Assembly (NCBI GenBank): GCA_950097015.1
Contig: CATNEN010000034.1
Span: forward strand, 3,348,001-3,412,000
Direction: 5' to 3'
DNA from: Macrostomum hystrix
Lineage: Eukaryota > Animalia > Platyhelminthes
DNA length: 64,000 bases
Part shown: positions 1-13,903 of the stretch, piece by piece
Layout of the letters: the number at the start of each line of letters is the position of its first letter
How positions within the stretch are numbered: position 1 is the stretch's first letter
The notes under the pieces: generated by a model
Told to the model about the DNA's origin: nothing
The model's database searches: none
The model's input: only the letters and a program-made list of their open reading frames with translations
Translations under genes and position numbers: made by a program

Positions 1-3000
1 ACTGGTTTCTCATTGAGGATTGTCTAGGAAATGACTGGTTTTTCTTGGAGGATTGTCTTGGGACTGACTGGTTTTTCTTGGAGGATTGTCTTGGGACTGA
101 CTGGTTTCTCATGGAGGATTGTCTTGGGACTGACTGGTTTCTCATGGAGGATTGTCTTGGGACTGACTGGTTTCTCATGGAGGATTGTCTTGGGACTGAC
201 TGGTTTCTCATGGAGGATTGTCTTGGGACTGACTGGTTTTTCATGGAGGATTGTCTTGGGACTGACTGGTTTCTCATGGGGGATTGTCTTGGGACTGACT
301 GGTTTTTCATGGAGGATTGTCTTGGGACTGACTGGTTTCTCATGGAGGATTGTCTTGGGACTGACTGGTTTCTCATGGAGGATTGTCTTGGGACTGACTG
401 GTTTCTCATGGAGGATTGTCTTGGGACTGACTGGTTTCTCATGGAGGATTGTCTTGGGACTGACTGGTTTTTCATGGAGGATTGTCTTGGGACTGACTGG
501 TTTCTCATGGAGGATTGTCTTGGGACTGACTGGTTTCTCATGGAGGATTGTCTTGGGACTGACTGGTTTCTCATTGAGGATTGTCTTGGGACTGACTGGT
601 TTCTCATGGAGGATTGTCTTGGGACTGACTGGTTTTTCATGGAGGATTGTCTTGGGACTGACTGGTTTCTCATGGAGGATTGTCTTGGGACTGACTGGTT
701 TTTCATGGAGGATTGTCTTGGGACTGACTGGTTTCTCATGGAGGATTGTCTTGGGACTGACTGGTTTCTCATTGAGGATTGTCCTGGGACTGACTGGTTT
801 CTCATGGAGGATTGTCTTGGGACTGACTGGTTTCTCATGGAGGATTGTCTTGGGACTGACTGGTTTCTCATGGAGGATTGTCTTGGGACTGACTGGTTTC
901 TCATGGAGGATTGTCTTGGGACTGACTGGTTTCTCATGGAGGATTGTCTTGGGACTGACTGGTTTTTCATGGAGGATTGTCTTGGGACTGACTGGTTTTT
1001 CATGGAGGATTGTCTTGGGACTGACTGGTTTTTCATGGAGGATTGTCTTGGGACTGACTGGTTTCTCATGGAGGATTGTCTTGGGACTGACTGGTTTTTC
1101 ATGGAGGATTGTCTTGGGACTGACTGGTTTTTCATGGAGGATTGTCTTGGGACTGACTGGTTTCTCATTGAGGATTGTCCTGGGACTGACTGGTTTCTCA
1201 TGGAGGATTGTCCTGGGACTGACTGGTTTCTCATGGAGGATTGTCTTGGGACTGACTGGTTTCTCATGGAGGATTGTCTTGGGACTGACTGGTTTCTCAT
1301 GGAGGATTGTCTTGGGACTGACTGGTTTCTCATGGAGGATTGTCTTGGGACTGACTGGTTTCTCATGGAGGATTGTCTTGGGACTGACTGGTTTCTCATT
1401 GAGGATTGTCTTGGGACTGACTGGTTTCTCATTGAGGATTGTCTTGGGACTGACTGGTTTCTCATGGAGGATTGTCTTGGGACTGACTGGTTTTTCATGG
1501 AGGATTGTCTTGGGACTGACTGGTTTCTCATGGAGGATTGTCTTGGGACTGACTGGTTTCTCATGGAGGATTGTCTTGGGACTGACTGGTTTCTCATTGA
1601 GGATTGTCTAGGAAATGACTGGTTTCTCATGGAGGATTGTCTTGGGACTGACTGGTTTCTCATTGAGGATTGTCTTGTGACTGACTGGTTTCTCATGGAG
1701 GATTGTCTTGGGACTGACTGGTTTCTCATGGAGGATTGTCTTGGGACTGACTGGTTTCTCATTGAGGATTGTCTTGGGACTGACTGGTTTTTCATGGAGG
1801 ATTGTCTTGGGACTGACTGGTTTTTCATGGAGGGTTGTCTTGGGACTGACTGGTTTCTCATGGAGGATTGTCTTGGGACTGACTGGTTTCTCATTGAGGA
1901 TTGTCTTGGGACTGACTGGTTTCTCATTGAGGATTGTCTTGGGACTGACTGTTTTTTCATGGAGGATTGTCTTGGGACTGACTGGTTTCTCATGGAGGAT
2001 TGTCTTCGGACTGACTGGTTTCTCATGGAGGATTGTCTTGGGACTGACTGGTTTCTCATGGAGGATTGTCTTGGGACTGACTGGTTTCTCATGGAGGATT
2101 GTCTTGGGACTGACTGGTTTTTCATGGAGGATTATCTTGGACTGACTGGTTTCTCATGGAGGATTGTCTTGGGACTGACTGGTTTTTCATGGAGGATTGT
2201 CTTGGGACTGACTGGTTTTTCATGGAGGATTGTCTTGGGACTGACTGGTTTCTCATGGAGGATTGTCTTGGGACTGACTGGTTTCTCATTGAGGATTGTC
2301 TAGGAAATGACTGGTTTTTCTTGGAGGATTGTCTTGGGACTGACTGGTTTTTCTTGGAGGATTGTCTTGGGACTGACTGGTTTCTCATGGAGGATTGTCT
2401 TGGGACTGACTGGTTTCTCATGGAGGATTGTCTTGGGACTGACTGGTTTCTCATGGAGGATTGTCTTGGGACTGACTGGTTTCTCATGGAGGATTGTCTT
2501 GGGACTGACTGGTTTTTCATGGAGGATTGTCTTGGGACTGACTGGTTTCTCATGGAGGATTGTCTTGGGACTGACTGGTTTTTCATGGAGGATTGTCTTG
2601 GGACTGACTGGTTTCTCATGGAGGATTGTCTTGGGACTGACTGGTTTCTCATGGAGGATTGTCTTGGGACTGACTGGTTTCTCATTGAGGATTGTCTTGG
2701 GACTGACTGGTTTCTCATGGAGGATTGTCTTGGGACTGACTGGTTTTTCATGGAGGATTGTCTTGGGACTGACTGGTTTCTCATGGAGGATTGTCTTGGG
2801 ACTGACTGGTTTCTCATGGAGGATTGTCTTGGGACTGACTGGTTTCTCATTGAGGATTGTCTTGGGACTGACTGGTTTCTCATGGAGGATTGTCTTGGGA
2901 CTGACTGGTTTTTCATGGAGGATTGTCTTGGGACTGACTGGTTTCTCATGGAGGATTGTCTTGGGACTGACTGGTTTTTCATGGAGGATTGTCTTGGGAC

Positions 3001-6000
3001 TGACTGGTTTCTCATGGAGGATTGTCTTGGGACTGACTGGTTTCTCATTGAGGATTGTCCTGGGACTGACTGGTTTCTCATGGAGGATTGTCTTGGGACT
3101 GACTGGTTTCTCATGGAGGATTGTCTTGGGACTGACTGGTTTCTCATGGAGGATTGTCTTGGGACTGACTGGTTTCTCATGGAGGATTGTCTTGGGACTG
3201 ACTGGTTTCTCATGGAGGATTGTCTTGGGACTGACTGGTTTTTCATGGAGGATTGTCTTGGGACTGACTGGTTTTTCATGGAGGATTGTCTTGGGACTGA
3301 CTGGTTTTTCATGGAGGATTGTCTTGGGACTGACTGGTTTCTCATGGAGGATTGTCTTGGGACTGACTGGTTTTTCATGGAGGATTGTCTTGGGACTGAC
3401 TGGTTTTTCATGGAGGATTGTCTTGGGACTGACTGGTTTTTCATAGAGGATTGTCTTGGGACTGACTGGTTTTTCATAGAGGATTGTCTTGGGACTGACT
3501 GGTTTCTCATGGAGGATTGTCTTGGGACTGACTGGTTTCTCATGGAGGATTGTCTTGGGACTGACTGGTTTCTCATGGAGGATTGTCTTGGGACTGACTG
3601 GTTTCTCATTGAGGATTGTCCTGGGACTGACTGGTTTCTCATGGAGGATTGTCTTGGGACTGACTGGTTTCTCATGGAGGATTGTCTTGGGACTGACTGG
3701 TTTCTCATGGAGGATTGTCTTGGGACTGACTGGTTTCTCATGGAGGATTGTCTTGGGACTGACTGGTTTCTCATGGAGGATTGTCTTGGGACTGACTGGT
3801 TTTTCATGGAGGATTGTCTTGGGACTGACTGGTTTTTCATGGAGGATTGTCTTGGGACTGACTGGTTTTTCATGGAGGATTGTCTTGGGACTGACTGGTT
3901 TCTCATGGAGGATTGTCTTGGGACTGACTGGTTTTTCATGGAGGATTGTCTTGGGACTGACTGGTTTTTCATGGAGGATTGTCTTGGGACTGACTGGTTT
4001 TTCATAGAGGACTGTCTTGGGACTGACTGGTTTCTCATGGAGGATTGTCTTGGGACTGACTGGTTTCTCATGGAGGATTGTCTTGGGACTGACTGGTTTC
4101 TCATGGAGGATTGTCTTGGGACTGACTGGTTTTCTCATGGAGGATTGTCTTGGGACTGACTGGTTTTTCATGGAGGATTGTCTTGGGACTGACTGGTTTT
4201 TCATGGAGGATTGTCTTGGGACTGACTGGTTTTTCATGGAGGATTGTCTTGGGACTGACTGGTTTTTCATGGAGGATTGTCTTGGGACTGACTGGTTTCT
4301 CATGGAGGATTGTCTTGGGACTGACTGGTTTCTCATTGAGGATTGTCTAGGAAATGACTGGTTTCTCATGGAGGATTGTCTTGTGACTGACTGGTTTCTC
4401 ATGGAGGATTGTCTTGGGACTGACTGGTTTCTCATTGAGGATTGTCTTGGGACTGACTGGTTTCTCATGGAGGATTGTCTTGGGACTGACTGGTTTTTCA
4501 TTGAGGATTGTCTTGGGACTGACTGGTTTCTCATGGAGGATTGTCTTGGGACTGACTGGTTTCTCATGGAGGATTGTCTTGGGACTGACTGGTTTCTCAT
4601 TTAGGATTGTCTAGGAAATGACTGGTTTCTCATGGAGGATTGTCTTGTGACTGACTGGTTTCTCATGGAGGATTGTCTTGGGACTGACTGGTTTTTCATG
4701 GAGGATTGTCTTGTGACTGACTGGTTTTTCATGGAGGATTGTCTTGGGACTGACTGGTTTCTCATGGAGGATTGTCTTGGGACTGACTGGTTTCTCATTG
4801 AGGATTGTCTTGGGACTGACTGGTTTCTCATGGAGGATTGTCTTGGGACTGACTGGTTTTTCATGGAGGATTGTCTTGGGACTGACTGGTTTTTCATGGA
4901 GGATTGTCTTGGGACTGACTGGTTTTTCATGGAGGATTGTCTTGGGACTGACTGGTTTTTCATGGAGGATTGTCTTGGGACTGACTGGTTTTTCATGGAG
5001 GATTGTCTTGGGACTGACTGGTTTCTCATGGAGGATTGTCTTGGGACTGACTGGTTTTTCATGGAGGATTGTCTTGGGACTGACTGGTTTCTCATTGAGG
5101 ATTGTCTTGGGACTGACTGGTTTCTCATTGAGGATTGTCTTGGGACTGACTGGTTTCTCATGGAGGATTGTCTTGGGACTGACTGGTTTTTCATGGAGGA
5201 TTGTCTTGGGACTGACTGGTTTTTCATGGAGGATTGTCTTGGGACTGACTGGTTTCTCATGGAGGATTGTCTTGGGACTGACTGGTTTCTCATTGAGGAT
5301 TGTCTAGGAAATGACTGGTTTCTCATGGAGGATTGTCTTGTGACTGACTGGTTTCTCATGGAGGATTGTCTTGGGACTGACTGGTTTCTCATGGAGGATT
5401 GTCTTGGGACTGACTGGTTTCTCATTGAGGATTGTCTTGGGACTGACTGGTTTTTCATGGAGGATTGTCTTGGGACTGACTGGTTTTTCATGGAGGATTG
5501 TCTTGGGACTGACTGGTTTCTCATGGAGGATTGTCTTGGGACTGACTGGTTTTTCATGGAGGATTGTCTTGGGACTGACTGGTTTTTCATGGAGGATTGT
5601 CTTGGGACTGACTGGTTTCTCATGGAGGATTGTCTTGGGACTGACTGGTTTCTCATGGAGGATTGTCTTGGGACTGACTGGTTTCTCATTGAGGATTGTC
5701 TTGGGACTGACTGGTTTCTCATTGAGGATTGTCTTGGGACTGACTGTTTTTTCATGGAGGATTGTCTTGGGACTGACTGGTTTCTCATGGAGGATTGTCT
5801 TCGGACTGACTGGTTTCTCATGGAGGATTGTCTTGGGACTGACTGGTTTCTCATTGAGGATTGTCTAGGAAATGACTGGTTTTTCTTGGAGGATTGTCTT
5901 GGGACTGACTGGTTTTTCTTGGAGGATTGTCTTGGGACTGACTGGTTTCTCATGGAGGATTGTCTTGGGACTGACTGGTTTCTCATGGAGGATTGTCTTG

Positions 6001-7123
6001 GGACTGACTGGTTTCTCATGGAGGATTGTCTTGGGACTGACTGGTTTCTCATGGAGGATTGTCTTGGGACTGACTGGTTTTTCATGGAGGATTGTCTTGG
6101 GACTGACTGGTTTCTCATGGAGGATTGTCTTGGGACTGACTGGTTTTTCATGGAGGATTGTCTTGGGACTGACTGGTTTCTCATGGAGGATTGTCTTGGG
6201 ACTGACTGGTTTCTCATGGAGGATTGTCTTGTGACTGACTGGTTTTTCATGGAGGATTGTCTTGGGACTGACTGGATTCTCATGGAGGATTGTCTTGGGA
6301 CTGACTGGTTTCTCATTGAGGATTGTCTTGGGACTGACTGGTTTCTCATTGAGGATTGTCTTGGGACTGACTGTTTTTTCATGGAGGATTGTCTTGGGAC
6401 TGACTGGTTTCTCATGGAGGATTGTCTTCGGACTGACTGGTTTCTCATGGAGGATTGTCTTGGGACTGACTGGTTTCTCATGGAGGATTGTCTTGGGACT
6501 GACTGGTTTCTCATGGAGGATTGTCTTGGGACTGACTGGTTTTTCATGGAGGATTGTCTTGGACTGACTGGTTTCTCATGGAGGATTGTCTTGGGACTGA
6601 CTGGTTTTTCATGGAGGATTGTCTTGGGACTGACTGGTTTTTCATGGAGGATTGTCTTGGGACTGACTGGTTTTTCATGGAGGATTGTCTTGTGACTGAC
6701 TGGTTTTTCATGGAGGATTGTCTTGGGACTGACTGGTTTTTCATGGAGGATTGTCTTGGGACTGACTGGTTTCTCATGGAGGATTGTCTTGGGACTGACT
6801 GGTTTCTCATGGAGGATTGTCTTGGGACTGACTGGTTTCTCATGGAGGATTGTCTTGGGACTGACTGGTTTCTCATGGAGGATTGTCTTGGGACTGACTG
6901 GTTTTTCATGGAGGATTGTCTTGGGACTGACTGGTTTCTCATGGAGGATTGTCTTGGGACTGACTGGTTTTTCATGGAGGATTGTCTTGGGACTGACTGG
7001 TTTCTCATGGAGGATTGTCTTGGGACTGACTGGTTTCTCATGGAGGATTGTCTTGGGACTGACTGGTTTCTCATTGAGGATTGTCTTGGGACTGACTGGT
7101 TTCTCATGGAGGATTGTCTTGGG

Positions 7124-10100
7124 ACTGACTGGTTTTTCATGGAGGATTGTCTTGGGACTGACTGGTTTCTCATTGAGGATTGTCTTGGGACTGACTGGTT
7201 TCTCATTGAGGATTGTCTTGGGACTGACTGGTTTCTCATGGAGGATTGTCTTGGGACTGACTGGTTTCTCATGGAGGATTGTCTTGGGACTGACTGGTTT
7301 CTCATTGAGGATTGTCTTGGGACTGACTGGTTTCTCATGGAGGATTGTCTTGGGACTGACTGGTTTTTCATGGAGGATTGTCTTGGGACTGACTGGTTTC
7401 TCATGGAGGATTGTCTTGGGACTGACTGGTTTCTCATGGAGGATTGTCTTGGGACTGACTGGTTTCTCATTGAGGATTGTCTTGTGACTGACTGGTTTCT
7501 CATGGAGGATTGTCTTGGGACTGACTGGTTTCTCATGGAGGATTGTCTTGGGACTGACTGGTTTTTCATGGAGGATTGTCTTGGGACTGACTGGTTTTTC
7601 ATGGAGGATTGTCTTGGGACTGACTGGTTTTTCATGGAGGGTTGTCTTGGGACTGACTGGTTTTTCATGGAGGATTGTCTTGTGACTGACTGGTTTCTCA
7701 TGGAGGATTGTCTTGTGACTGACTGGCTTCTCATGGAGGATTGTCTTGTGACTGACTGGCTTCTCATGGAGGATTGTCTTGGGACTGACTGGTTTTTCAT
7801 GGAGGATTGTCTTGGGACTGACTGGTTTTTCATGGAGGATTGTCTTGGGACTGACTGGTTTCTCATGGAGGATTGTCTTGGGACTGACTGGTTTCTCATA
7901 GAGGATTGTCTTGGGACTGACTGGTTTCTCATGGAGGATTGTCTTGGGACTGACTGGTTTTTCATGGAGGATTGTCTTGTGACTGACTGGTTTCTCATGG
8001 AGGATTGTCTTGTGACTGACTGGTTTCTCATGGAGGATTGTCTTGGGACTGACTGGTTTTTCATGGAGGATTGTCTTGGGACTGACTGGTTTTTCAGGGA
8101 GGATTGTCTTGGGACTGACTGGTTTCTCATGGAGGATTGTCTTGGGACTGACTGGTTTCTCATAGAGGATTGTCTTGGGACTGACTGGTTTCTCATTGAG
8201 GATTGTCTTGGGACTGACTGGTTTCTCATGGAGGATTGTCTTGGGACTGACTGGTTTCTCATGGAGGATTGTCTTGGGACTGACTGGTTTCTCATTGAGG
8301 ATTGTCTAGGAAATGACTGGTTTCTCATGGAGGATTGTCTTGTGACTGACTGGTTTCTCATGGAGGATTGTCTTGGGACTGACTGGTTTCTCATGGAGGA
8401 TTGTCTTGGGACTGACTGGTTTCTCATTGAGGATTGTCTTGGGACTGACTGGTTTTTCATGGAGGATTGTCTTGGGACTGACTGGTTTTTCATGGAGGGT
8501 TGTCTTGGGACTGACTGGTTTCTCATGGAGGATTGTCTTGGGACTGACTGGTTTCTCATTGAGGATTGTCTTGGGACTGACTGGTTTCTCATTGAGGATT
8601 GTCTTGGGACTGACTGTTTTTTCATGGAGGATTGTCTTGGGACTGACTGGTTTCTCATGGAGGATTGTCTTGGGACTGACTGGTTTTTCATGGAGGATTG
8701 TCTTGGGACTGACTGGTTTCTCATGGAGGATTGTCTTGGGACTGACTGGTTTCTCATTGAGGATTGTCTAGGAAATGACTGGTTTCTCATGGAGGATTGT
8801 CTTGGACTGACTGGTTTCTCATGGAGGATTGTCTTGTGACTGACTGGTTTCTCATGGAGGATTGTCTTGGGACTGACTGGTTTCTCATGGAGGATTGTCT
8901 TGGGACTGACTGGTTTTTCATGGAGGATTGTCTTGGGACTGACTGGTTTTTCATGGAGGATTGTCTTGGGACTGACTGGTTTCTCATGGAGGATTGTCTT
9001 GGAACTGACTGGTTTCTCATTTAGGATTGTCTAGGAAATGACTGGTTTCTCATGGAGGATTGTCTTGTGACTGACTGGTTTCTCATGGAGGATTGTCTTG
9101 GGACTGACTGGTTTTTCATGGAGGATTGTCTTGTGACTGACTGGTTTTTCATGGAGGATTGTCTTGGGACTGACTGGTTTTTCATGGAGGATTGTCTTGG
9201 GACTGACTGGTTTCTCATGGAGGATTGTCTTGTGACTGACTGGTTTCTCATGGAGGATTGTCTTGGGACTGACTGGTTTTTCATGGAGGATTGTCTTGGG
9301 ACTGACTGGTTTTTCATGGAGGATTGTCTTGGGACTGACTGGTTTTTCATGGAGGATTGTCTTGGGACTGACTGGTTTCTCATTGAGGATTGTCTAGGAA
9401 ATGACTGGTTTTTCTTGGAGGATTGTCTTGGGACTGACTGGTTTTTCTTGGAGGATTGTCTTGGGACTGACTGGTTTCTCATGGAGGATTGTCTTGGGAC
9501 TGACTGGTTTCTCATGGAGGATTGTCTTGGGACTGACTGGTTTCTCATGGAGGATTGTCTTGGGACTGACTGGTTTCTCATGGAGGATTGTCTTGGGACT
9601 GACTGGTTTTTCATGGAGGATTGTCTTGGGACTGACTGGTTTCTCATTGAGGATTGTCTTGGGACTGACTGGTTTCTCATGGAGGATTGTCTTGGGACTG
9701 ACTGGTTTCTCATGGAGGATTGTCTTGGGACTGACTGGTTTCTCATGGAGGATTGTCTTGGGACTGACTGGTTTCTCATTGAGGATTGTCTTGGGACTGA
9801 CTGGTTTCTCATGGAGGATTGTCTTGGGACTGACTGGTTTTTCATGGAGGATTGTCTTGGGACTGACTGGTTTCTCATTGAGGATTGTCTTGGGACTGAC
9901 TGGTTTCTCATTGAGGATTGTCTTGGGACTGACTGGTTTCTCATGGAGGATTGTCTTGGGACTGACTGGTTTCTCATGGAGGATTGTCTTGGGACTGACT
10001 GGTTTCTCATTGAGGATTGTCTTGGGACTGACTGGTTTCTCATGGAGGATTGTCTTGGGACTGACTGGTTTTTCATGGAGGATTGTCTTGGGACTGACTG

Positions 10101-13100
10101 GTTTCTCATGGAGGATTGTCTTGGGACTGACTGGTTTCTCATGGAGGATTGTCTTGGGACTGACTGGTTTCTCATTGAGGATTGTCTTGTGACTGACTGG
10201 TTTCTCATGGAGGATTGTCTTGGGACTGACTGGTTTCTCATGGAGGATTGTCTTGTGACTGACTGGTTTTTCATGGAGGATTGTCTTGGGACTGACTGGT
10301 TTCTCATTGAGGATTGTCTTGGGACTGACTGGTTTCTCATTGAGGATTGTCTTGGGACTGACTGGTTTCTCATGGAGGATTGTCTTGGGACTGACTGGTT
10401 TCTCATGGAGGATTGTCTTGGGACTGACTGGTTTCTCATTGAGGATTGTCTTGGGACTGACTGGTTTCTCATGGAGGATTGTCTTGGGACTGACTGGTTT
10501 TTCATGGAGGATTGTCTTGGGACTGACTGGTTTCTCATGGAGGATTGTCTTGGGACTGACTGGTTTCTCATGGAGGATTGTCTTGGGACTGACTGGTTTC
10601 TCATTGAGGATTGTCTTGTGACTGACTGGTTTCTCATGGAGGATTGTCTTGGGACTGACTGGTTTCTCATGGAGGATTGTCTTGGGACTGACTGGTTTTT
10701 CATGGAGGATTGTCTTGGGACTGACTGGTTTTTCATGGAGGATTGTCTTGGGACTGACTGGTTTTTCATGGAGGGTTGTCTTGGGACTGACTGGTTTTTC
10801 ATGGAGGATTGTCTTGTGACTGACTGGTTTCTCATGGAGGATTGTCTTGTGACTGACTGGCTTCTCATGGAGGATTGTCTTGTGACTGACTGGCTTCTCA
10901 TGGAGGATTGTCTTGGGACTGACTGGTTTTTCATGGAGGATTGTCTTGGGACTGACTGGTTTTTCATGGAGGATTGTCTTGGGACTGACTGGTTTCTCAT
11001 GGAGGATTGTCTTGGGACTGACTGGTTTCTCATAGAGGATTGTCTTGGGACTGACTGGTTTCTCATGGAGGATTGTCTTGGGACTGACTGGTTTTTCATG
11101 GAGGATTGTCTTGTGACTGACTGGTTTCTCATGGAGGATTGTCTTGTGACTGACTGGTTTCTCATGGAGGATTGTCTTGGGACTGACTGGTTTTTCATGG
11201 AGGATTGTCTTGGGACTGACTGGTTTTTCAGGGAGGATTGTCTTGGGACTGACTGGTTTCTCATGGAGGATTGTCTTGGGACTGACTGGTTTCTCATAGA
11301 GGATTGTCTTGGGACTGACTGGTTTCTCATTGAGGATTGTCTTGGGACTGACTGGTTTCTCATGGAGGATTGTCTTGGGACTGACTGGTTTCTCATGGAG
11401 GATTGTCTTGGGACTGACTGGTTTCTCATTGAGGATTGTCTAGGAAATGACTGGTTTCTCATGGAGGATTGTCTTGTGACTGACTGGTTTCTCATGGAGG
11501 ATTGTCTTGGGACTGACTGGTTTCTCATGGAGGATTGTCTTGGGACTGACTGGTTTCTCATTGAGGATTGTCTTGGGACTGACTGGTTTTTCATGGAGGA
11601 TTGTCTTGGGACTGACTGGTTTTTCATGGAGGGTTGTCTTGGGACTGACTGGTTTCTCATGGAGGATTGTCTTGGGACTGACTGGTTTCTCATTGAGGAT
11701 TGTCTTGGGACTGACTGGTTTCTCATTGAGGATTGTCTTGGGACTGACTGTTTTTTCATGGAGGATTGTCTTGGGACTGACTGGTTTCTCATGGAGGATT
11801 GTCTTGGGACTGACTGGTTTTTCATGGAGGATTGTCTTGGGACTGACTGGTTTCTCATGGAGGATTGTCTTGGGACTGACTGGTTTCTCATTGAGGATTG
11901 TCTAGGAAATGACTGGTTTCTCATGGAGGATTGTCTTGGACTGACTGGTTTCTCATGGAGGATTGTCTTGTGACTGACTGGTTTCTCATGGAGGATTGTC
12001 TTGGGACTGACTGGTTTCTCATGGAGGATTGTCTTGGGACTGACTGGTTTTTCATGGAGGATTGTCTTGGGACTGACTGGTTTTTCATGGAGGATTGTCT
12101 TGGGACTGACTGGTTTCTCATGGAGGATTGTCTTGGAACTGACTGGTTTCTCATTTAGGATTGTCTAGGAAATGACTGGTTTCTCATGGAGGATTGTCTT
12201 GTGACTGACTGGTTTCTCATGGAGGATTGTCTTGGGACTGACTGGTTTTTCATGGAGGATTGTCTTGTGACTGACTGGTTTTTCATGGAGGATTGTCTTG
12301 GGACTGACTGGTTTTTCATGGAGGATTGTCTTGGGACTGACTGGTTTCTCATGGAGGATTGTCTTGTGACTGACTGGTTTCTCATGGAGGATTGTCTTGG
12401 GACTGACTGGTTTTTCATGGAGGATTGTCTTGGGACTGACTGGTTTTTCATGGAGGATTGTCTTGGGACTGACTGGTTTTTCATGGAGGATTGTCTTGGG
12501 ACTGACTGGTTTCTCATTGAGGATTGTCTAGGAAATGACTGGTTTTTCTTGGAGGATTGTCTTGGGACTGACTGGTTTTTCTTGGAGGATTGTCTTGGGA
12601 CTGACTGGTTTCTCATGGAGGATTGTCTTGGGACTGACTGGTTTCTCATGGAGGATTGTCTTGGGACTGACTGGTTTCTCATGGAGGATTGTCTTGGGAC
12701 TGACTGGTTTCTCATGGAGGATTGTCTTGGGACTGACTGGTTTTTTCATGGAGGATTGTCTTGGGACTGACTGGTTTCTCATTGAGGATTGTCTTGGGAC
12801 TGACTGGTTTTCTCATGGAGGATTGTCTTGGGACTGACTGGTTTCTCATGGAGGATTGTCTTGGGACTGACTGGTTTCTCATGGAGGATTGTCTTGGGAC
12901 TGACTGGTTTCTCATTGAGGATTGTCTTGGGACTGACTGGTTTCTCATGGAGGATTGTCTTGGGACTGACTGGTTTTTCATGGAGGATTGTCTTGGGACT
13001 GACTGGTTTCTCATTGAGGATTGTCTTGGGACTGACTGGTTTCTCATTGAGGATTGTCTTGGACTGACTGGTTTCTCATGGAGGATTGTCTTGGGACTGA

Positions 13101-13390
13101 CTGGTTTCTCATGGAGGATTGTCTTGGGACTGACTGGTTTCTCATTGAGGATTGTCTTGGGACTGACTGGTTTCTCATGGAGGATTGTCTTGGGACTGAC
13201 TGGTTTTTCATGGAGGATTGTCTTGGGACTGACTGGTTTCTCATGGAGGATTGTCTTGGGACTGACTGGTTTCTCATGGAGGATTGTCTTGGGACTGACT
13301 GGTTTCTCATTGAGGATTGTCTTGTGACTGACTGGTTTCTCATGGAGGATTGTCTTGGGACTGACTGGTTTCTCATGGAGGATTGTCTTG
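7124..13390. repeat. Tandem higher-order duplication within the satellite, period 3134 bp (94x33 + one 32-bp monomer)
   Basis: Rare variants recur at exactly +3134: TGGCTT 7727/10861, CAGGGAG 8096/11230, ATTTAG stop 9022/12156, minus-strand ORF starts 8790/11924. The end points are approximate. Confidence 0.9.
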
Positions 13391-13903
13391 TGACTGACTG
13401 GTTTTTCATGGAGGATTGTCTTGGGACTGACTGGTTTCTCATTGAGGATTGTCTTGGGACTGACTGGTTTCTCATGGAGGATTGTCTTGGGACTGACTGG
13501 TTTTTCATGGAGGATTGTCTTGGGACTGACTGGTTTCTCATGGAGGATTGTCTTGGGACTGACTGGTTTCTCATGGAGGATTGTCTTGGGGACTGACTGG
13601 TTTCTCATGGAGGATTGTCTTGTGACTGACTGGTTTCTCATTGAGGATTGTCTTGGGACTGACTGGTTTCTCATGGAGGATTGTCTTGGGACTGACTGGT
13701 TTCTCATTGAGGATTGTCTTGTGACTGACTGGTTTCTCATTTAGGATTGTCTAGGAAATGACTGGTTTCTCATGGAGGATTGTCTTGGGACTGACTGGTT
13801 TCTCATTGAGGATTGTCTTGGGACTGACTGGTTTCTCATGGAGGATTGTCTTGGGACTGACTGGTTTCTCATTGAGGATTGTCTTGTGACTGACTGGTTT
13901 CTC